From: Sphaeroforma arctica JP610
Lineage: Eukaryota
Assembly (NCBI RefSeq): GCF_001186125.1
Contig: NW_014040451.1
Coordinates: 101,447 to 139,205, forward strand
Direction: 5' to 3'
DNA: 37,759 nt
The position numbers and the translations under genes are program-made. The notes beneath the pieces were generated by a model. It made no database searches and had not been told where the DNA came from. It saw nothing but the letters and a program-made list of their open reading frames with translations. This document shows, piece by piece, positions 30,505 through 37,759 of this stretch; position 1 is the stretch's first letter, and each line of letters begins with the position of its first letter.

Positions 30505-32278
30505 CTAAGTACAATATGACAAACGTACGAACTGGTAACCCGCTAGCTGAAGTTCAGGCATGTAGACACATATATTCGCGGCTACACAGCAGTACCTAGT
30601 GTTTGGTTGTGAAAAATATGTATTCATGTGTATGTGATGCATTTTTGTGGATTTCTGGCAAGATTATTGGTATGTGTACTTTATCATAGGATCAACACAA
30701 GAAAAGTATATATATATATAAAATAAATACAGAGCGTAGGTTAATAGGGTACACGGAAAGTGACCGCTTATAGTAGCAATGTGTGATTGAAGATGACATA
30801 CATTATGTCTATTTATTTTAACCCCGATGGGAATTCGTCGCAGACACAAGGAAAGGAATACACAGCAATATATGAGTGTTCACCAACTGGCACTTCAAGG
30901 TATATGATAAATTGAACCCAGATCTACAAGACTGCGTATTCTAAGGTAACATTAGCTCAGACAGCTTGTATATATACTTAAGTACTAATTTGCTTATAGG
31001 TTCTAAGGATGCGATTGAGCTATAACTAGTGCTTGATGAACCTAATGGGGTGGTGCTAAACACCCGCTTGGTATGGTCATATGCTTGAATGCGTTGCACA
31101 GCTATATCCCTTGAAAACTAATATTAGGTTGAGTGAGCTTCACGATGAGGGTTTAACCACGAGAAAAATATTACAGATTGTGTCGAGAAGAAGCCACGCG
31201 TACTAATAAAACTATCAGAATGAGAGACCCGAATAGACAAAGTCCCGAATGTGTGCAATTCGGATGTCTACAAGGAACCTAGCAGACCTTAAAAGGCAAA
31301 GGAATAGGCCTATTGTGTAGATCGTACTACCGTATTATACTTAATTTGTATGCGAAATTGGTATGTGGAGTAGTGCCTTGATGCGGTCGCTTGTTCACTA
31401 AGTCGTCGCTTGAGAGATATATTAGCGGTCAATGCGCAGTACGAATGCGATCTGGGGACGGACTGTCGTAAAGAATGAATTGGCATGTGTCATGTGTGCA
31501 ACTCAGTCTCTGATGCGAGATAGTAGGGCATTCGGATGTATTGTTTCAATCCACCAATTGAAACTGAATAGGCCGGATGTTATAGTTTTAGCCAGGAATT
31601 CTACTTATGTGTATAATATGCATATTCCAGAATGCACCTCATATCAATATGATATGGGTGCGTGATTCGAATACCGCAGACAACAAGTGTTTGTAACCCT
31701 TTATTGAAATCAATACTTACACAGCTATTTTAATGTACACGATAAGGTATTTTTGCGAAATATGATTGAAAGACAGGCACAAGGTGTTTAGAACCCGAAG
31801 CAAGACTATGTATGTCGAGGGCATTGTGATAGTATGTGTGAAAGTGAACGACGATCACTCTGCTCGCTAAAATAAGCATCCAGACAGATGCGGGTAGCAA
31901 GGTATGTATTATACAGAAATATATGGGAACACATATAGTAAATGCAAGACGCACGGTTTCAGATATTCTGGACCACACGACCATGACATAATTTGTGCAC
32001 AGGGCACACATAATGAGATGGTATATAGCAAGTTCCAAAGCACCATGACCTTACTCAAATACATAAAAAATATTAACAAATTCACGAATGGCTGTCACAC
32101 TCAAATAAAATAATAATACAAGGATACACGCCGCATACACGTCGACCATTTCCAATAAACGTCACTTAGTGCGCTTGTTGCATGAGCTTCTCCTATCCTG
32201 TAAGTCTAGCCACCCACTGGCCCCCATTCAAACACACAAACACACAATTTTGTATATATATGTATATGTATATATATA

Positions 32279-32695
32279 NNNNNNNNNNNNNNNNNNNNNN
32301 NNNNNNNNNNNNNNNNNNNNNNNNNNNNNNNNNNNNNNNNNNNNNNNNNNNNNNNNNNNNNNNNNNNNNNNNNNNNNNNNNNNNNNNNNNNNNNNNNNNN
32401 NNNNNNNNNNNNNNNNNNNNNNNNNNNNNNNNNNNNNNNNNNNNNNNNNNNNNNNNNNNNNNNNNNNNNNNNNNNNNNNNNNNNNNNNNNNNNNNNNNNN
32501 NNNNNNNNNNNNNNNNNNNNNNNNNNNNNNNNNNNNNNNNNNNNNNNNNNNNNNNNNNNNNNNNNNNNNNNNNNNNNNNNNNNNNNNNNNNNNNNNNNNN
32601 NNNNNNNNNNNNNNNNNNNNNNNNNNNNNNNNNNNNNNNNNNNNNNNNNNNNNNNNNNNNNNNNNNNNNNNNNNNNNNNNNNNNNNNNNNNNNNN
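32279..32695. other. Assembly gap
   Basis: Run of N next to a (TA)n tract. Confidence 0.99.
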
Positions 32696-32958
32696 CAGCG
32701 CCAGATATTTAATACAACATAGGATGTTTGCATTTTTCTACATTTTCAGTTGGCAGCCTGTTCGTCCAGACCATGTCTAATTCCATACACAAGCAAAGTC
32801 GGGTGCACTGGCATATATGCCACAGTAATCTATATCGATTATGCGTACGAACTTATATACTAATTATGATGTATATATGTATACATACAAACTGATCCTC
32901 AAATATGTATACACATATTTGCATAATATATACAATGCAGTCTCGTAGATCAACATAC

Positions 32959-33111
32959 ATCGGATGTTTGCACTCCAGCCCATATCTTCCGTTTGCCCTG
33001 GCCCAGTTTTCTTCCTACTCGGTTGGCAGTCTGTTCGCCTAGACCGGAATGGGGCTCGTTGGTGAGTGCATGCAGAGCTCCTTTCTGCGGTGCTGTACTA
33101 GTGGATTCCAT
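32959..33111 (-). CDS. Candidate initial exon, possibly of the PCIF1-like gene (MESTSTAPQKG...WAGVQTSD)
   Basis: GC-richer island with atcATGG, 51 open codons and a GAT|GTATGT donor. Linkage to PCIF1 across the gap is unproven. Confidence 0.4.
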
Positions 33112-34444
33112 GATGTGTGAATACGAATATATTTGTGTATGTTTGTGTATGTGTACCTTGCTTGGGCTGCAGCTTAATATATCTTATTAATGTACTGTCT
33201 GAAGCTGCATCTCAGTACTATCTTGCAGTCGAGTATATATGTTGATTACAAAAGCATATGGGAGTATTAACTTTCCTATCTGAATACGGCATACACATGC
33301 AGCCTAGGTAAGAATAATGGAATATAAGAAGTTAAAGATTTTCAAGCGTGTGTTAGTCTCGTAATGTAAGTATAAATGAAAATGTAGAAAGCAACTATTA
33401 TTTGAAAATATTTCCATACTTTTTTTTTGGGTCAAACACCTGCCATAGCGGCATAGCCAGACATGTTTTAAATAGAGCCCATATCGCATGAGAGAAGACA
33501 AAAAAGCCACGTGAATAGTCCAGAGCCCGCTAAAATGAAATATATCTATATACGGACACTAACATTGCTAGCTTGTATTTCTTTTCCTCTCTTTCTTTTG
33601 CAAACTAAACACACGAGAGTGTTAGTAAATACAATATATTATATATACATATAATGAATATATATTTAACATAAAATTGCATAGTAGAGAATAGGGTTAT
33701 ACAGAACTAACCAGGCGACCTACCCAGAGTTAATGCACACGTGTGCGTATCTCACGCACATCGTGTATCGTATAGTCACCCACAGACTAAAGGTGACTGT
33801 GACTGCAAACTGTACATCAAAGCTTGCCGCAGTAATATTTTAGACGTTAAATACATAGCCCTTGTGTGCAGTGAAGACATTGGACCTCTTGACGTATACA
33901 GAACGTATCTATGTATAAAAACAAGACAAGTCAACTTTCACTATAAAACTAAACATCACTACTACTATATACGAGCTAATTCTGCACAAACCAAAATAGC
34001 TTTACGAAATACAAGAGAACTAGGCTCCGACCGATACAACTTCATAATTACAATACAACTCTACCAAACACAAGGCAGCTCTACTTCTCTTATTATGAGA
34101 CTATTAGGTCGGGCATACTTGGACATTAGACCTCACGCTAACATGTCGAAATACCTGGTACGTGTGGCTTTAGGTGTACGTTCGTGCGACCGAAAGCTCA
34201 TGCATACACTTTGGCAGTCACGGAACCGGTGCAATATAAAAGGACTATGTGGCAGCGAATTCAGTACGATTGTTCAACAGGTACGTACTTGCACGCATAT
34301 CGGTCCTTTTGCAGCATATGGAGACTTATGCCAGGGGGATGTTCAGCAAGCGTATAGCTGCAAGCACTCGTTTGGTTTATAGTGGCGAGAGTCCCTTCCT
34401 TACACACCTACACAGTAGTGCCCGAGTGGAAAGCCGTGTCGCAA

Positions 34445-34465
34445 TACACACACACACACACACAC

Positions 34466-34520
<55 letters not shown>

Positions 34521-34535
34521 ACACACACACATATG

Positions 34536-34566
<31 letters not shown>

Positions 34567-34652
34567 ATGTATGTGAGAAAGAATGAGAGAGAGAGGGTGT
34601 GTGTATGTGAGTGTGTGTATATGTGCATGCATATATATATATATATATATAT
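34445..34652. repeat. Compound (CA)n/(TA)n/(TG)n/(GA)n microsatellite
   Basis: Directly visible in the sequence. Confidence 0.95.
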
Positions 34653-35262
34653 TTGTAGATGCTGAATGTGCGTTATTTGGTTTGGAAGTTACCCTATGTA
34701 CAGCTCTAAACAATGTACTTACATTTATTCATTTTAATGTGTATTGGTTGGTTTTGACGCCTCACCGACTCTTTCATTCGATGCCGAGTAGTTCTAAATT
34801 GTTGGAATGTCCTCACATTTTGTTTCAATATACGTATGTATATATTGTGGAATGTATGAATTCTGTCTCCTGAGATAAATACGCACGTATCTACTGATAC
34901 CTAGCACATATATATGTACAACAAACGCCTGAACTACGCGATATGCGTACTGTGAACGCGGACTATCCGATACTGTTGCGCGAATCATGACGTACACTGT
35001 TGTTTCTGAAATACCTATCAGTATGGGTTGTTAATCCCAGGCGGAGACGTACGCAAAGATCCAGATAACGGACTGTTGTATCACATCGAACGTAAATAAA
35101 AATCTGGATAATAGCATATGTATATTTAACGTAAATAAGCCACTAATGTATATTACAATGCGATATCAAGAAACCGGTATTATACCACACGTAAATAAGC
35201 AACTGATGTATGTTACCATACCTTGATAAGCAACTAGAGCATTTTGTCTCAATTGTCCGCAG

Positions 35263-36584
35263 ATGCGCTCCTGCAGCACACAGAGTGCAACCAGAAACAT
35301 CGGAGTCATGGCGCACATAGATGCGGGGAAAACCACCACAGTCGAGCGTATGCTGTACTACTCTGGTTTTCATAACCATATTGGAGGTACGTGAAGAAGA
35401 TTCTCGTAATTTGCGATTTACGCAACGTATAGGGTGGAATAAGTAAGAGGTTATTAGATGGCTAGTAGTGAGGTGATGGTGAGATGTTGTATACTATCTC
35501 AACATTTAAAGACATGATTGTTCACGTACATACGCGAGAGACTCTTCATACACATTCATAATATCCGAGTACTTGTTTCAGCCATGTAGAACATTCACAA
35601 AGACTAATGGATGTGTAATCGTCCATGACTTACTTTGGAGCGTTTTTCAATAGTGTGTTTATTTTTCGAAACAACTATCATATTAAAACCCCAATGAGGA
35701 CACTTTCATATTGACCACCTTATCTAAAAATGAAGCAATCGTTCGTGATATCACTTACATTCGCGTATTTGATCTATCTGTGATGCACCCTGGGCTATCG
35801 GATTTAATCTACACAGCCTTTTATGTCTCGTATGTACCTACATATGAGAATCAGAGGTCCACGAGGCGACACGGTTATGGAATGCATTGCGCAGGAAAGG
35901 AAGGAAACCCCTTTCTTATCTCATACATTGTAGCACTACAGTAAGGTATAAGCTACTCGCAACGAAACCTGACCTATTGTATTATCTTTCATCACCCATG
36001 CTACTACTTATATTTGCCCACCTTATCGCAAACAAGAGGGAGGGGCTTTATTCGCCACATACAGTATAACACTATCACTACAGTGACGTGTACAATAGCA
36101 CATATAGTGACGTATACAGCTACTTTTATCCTATTCTATAGAGTTTTATTATCATTTATATACCCATACTACTTCAAGGTGTCCATGTACCGCGTACAGA
36201 GGTGCGCGACGGCGATACGGCCATGGATTACACTACGCAGGAAAGAGGGAGAGGCTTTATCCACAGCACACAATATAACAATGCAATGACGTATACAGCT
36301 ACTGTTAACCTACCCTAGTCTATTTCAAAATTATTCACCACCTATATTGCTTCATGTATGTGCCCACCTATCGCACGCAGAGGTACACGATGGCGATACG
36401 GTCATGGACTACATGACACAGGAGAGAGAGCGAGGCATCACCATCACATCCGCTGCCATTTCGTTTGATTGGACTGTGGCTGGCAGTAAAGAGCCCACAC
36501 ACATCAATCTGATAGACACCCCGGGCCACATAGACTTCACGATCGAGGTGGAGAGAGCGTTGCGGGTCCTTGATGGTGTGGTAG
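35263..36584 (+). CDS. GFM2: Mitochondrial elongation factor G2/ribosome-releasing factor 2, N-terminal G-domain exons (gene continues beyond these)
   Basis: Exon 35263-35386: [41 protein letters not shown]. Exon 36381-36584: [31 protein letters not shown]...[27 protein letters not shown]. They are joined by a phase-1 GT-AG intron. GDTVx[10 protein letters not shown] and FDW favour the EF-G2mt/MEF2 clade. A targeting-peptide exon may lie near 34250-34430. Confidence 0.85.
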
Positions 36585-37681
36585 GTAAACGTGTGTAGGT
36601 ATAAATGTATGTGATAGGACTGTGGCTAGCAGCAAGGAACCTATCACATTTATATGTGCATGTTGACTATGGGAGTGTATCGCTTTAAGTTTTTCTCTTG
36701 TTTTGGTTGACTAGATTGATAGTAGCTGGTAGCGATCAACTCGCACAGCCATCTATATCGCACATGCTCTTTGGTACACTGACTTCACCTGTGAAGTCGA
36801 GAGAGCGCTGTTGGGCCGCGATAGGGTGGTATGCACAGGACATCGCAATTTCTGTCACAGGAGATTAAAATATTAGCACGGGCCGTACAAGGTACCGGAT
36901 TTTCGCACAGGTCGTAGACGTGGTTCGTCTCTTTGCAATGGTCGTACAGTATGACAATTTTTTTTTGCTTGGATCCTTCATTGAAGTATGCCTGTTACAG
37001 TCGTTTGCATGTTCGCGCTCAATCCTGCAGAAAGGCTCATCCTGAATGATGTGGTGCAATATTAAATATGGTACACTATTACATCTACACTCATATATTC
37101 GCTAAAACCCTGAAACACTACAACCCTAAACCTTTGTACGAATGAAGTACACTACCTCATCTACACGCATTTATTCTCGTTGTGGTTTAAACCGGCATTC
37201 ACTTATCGCATAGGTGCCCCGGACACATATGTCTATTCTTCGATGACGTTGCCTATGAAGTGATTGATTGCGTGTATATGTGTATATGGATATTGCATCT
37301 GTATGCTCAAAGTGGCAGGACTGCACACGAATACAACACCTCCAGGGATCCATGTACGCATATGTATATTAGCATACAGTATCTACGCGTTCCCAGAATT
37401 ACTGGTATACATATATCTCATCTTCAGTATTTGGCACTATCAGAATATCCATCGTCGTGTTATGTAAGCAGTCCGATTTGTCACGCTATGATGGGCAGCA
37501 GCTTTATGGAAATGTGAATACGCGCCAATCTGACAAGGCGGACCGAAACACACATCATCTACTGGTACTCTTATAACTGTACACAAACATGGTCGTCTCA
37601 AATGTCTGATACAAATTTTACCTGGCCTCGCCTAATATAGTCAAGCTAGGGCACCGCGAAAAGTCTATAAGATCTGGCGTC

Positions 37682-37694
37682 ACTCTCTCTCTTT

Positions 37695-37747
<53 letters not shown>

Positions 37748-37754
37748 TATATAT
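37682..37754. repeat. (CT)n-(CA)n-(TA)n microsatellite
   Basis: Directly visible at the window end. Confidence 0.95.
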
Positions 37755-37759
37755 TATTA

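Noticed and set aside
33741..34382. 213-aa ORF upstream of GFM2
   Set aside because: GTG start, non-protein-like composition and no motifs. Probably promoter or 5' UTR sequence; any targeting-peptide exon would be in another frame.
1..37759. Autonomous transposon, retroelement or viral genes
   Set aside because: No transposase, reverse transcriptase, integrase, capsid, LTR or terminal inverted repeat recognised in the window.

Overview
Eukaryotic, intron- and microsatellite-rich draft genomic DNA with three N-gaps. It looks like a unicellular opisthokont, possibly an ichthyosporean, but that is a guess from sequence style and gene content. Genes, left to right: a possible first exon of a secreted protein (-); an intronless 537-aa secreted protein (-); a 10-11-exon DDX21/DDX50-type nucleolar RNA helicase with one GC-AG intron (-), head-to-head with an intronless NVL/Rix7 AAA+ ATPase (+); a divergent intronless pair of an ALDH3-family aldehyde dehydrogenase with four in-frame stops (-) and an AlkJ/BetA-like GMC oxidoreductase with a 1-nt frameshift (+); an orphan 260-aa ORF (-); a PCIF1/CAPAM-like cap adenosine methyltransferase (-); and the 5' exons of mitochondrial EF-G2/GFM2 (+). 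The most striking unexplained pattern is 'exon echoes'. Introns and 3' flanks of DDX21, NVL, PCIF1 and GFM2 contain several decayed, same-strand partial copies of the adjacent exon. Exon 5' ends are echoed upstream and 3' ends downstream, which suggests the non-coding DNA grows by repeated local tandem duplication. A separate ~0.8 kb intergenic tract is a chain of 6-15 bp micro-duplications. All alignments were made by eye.
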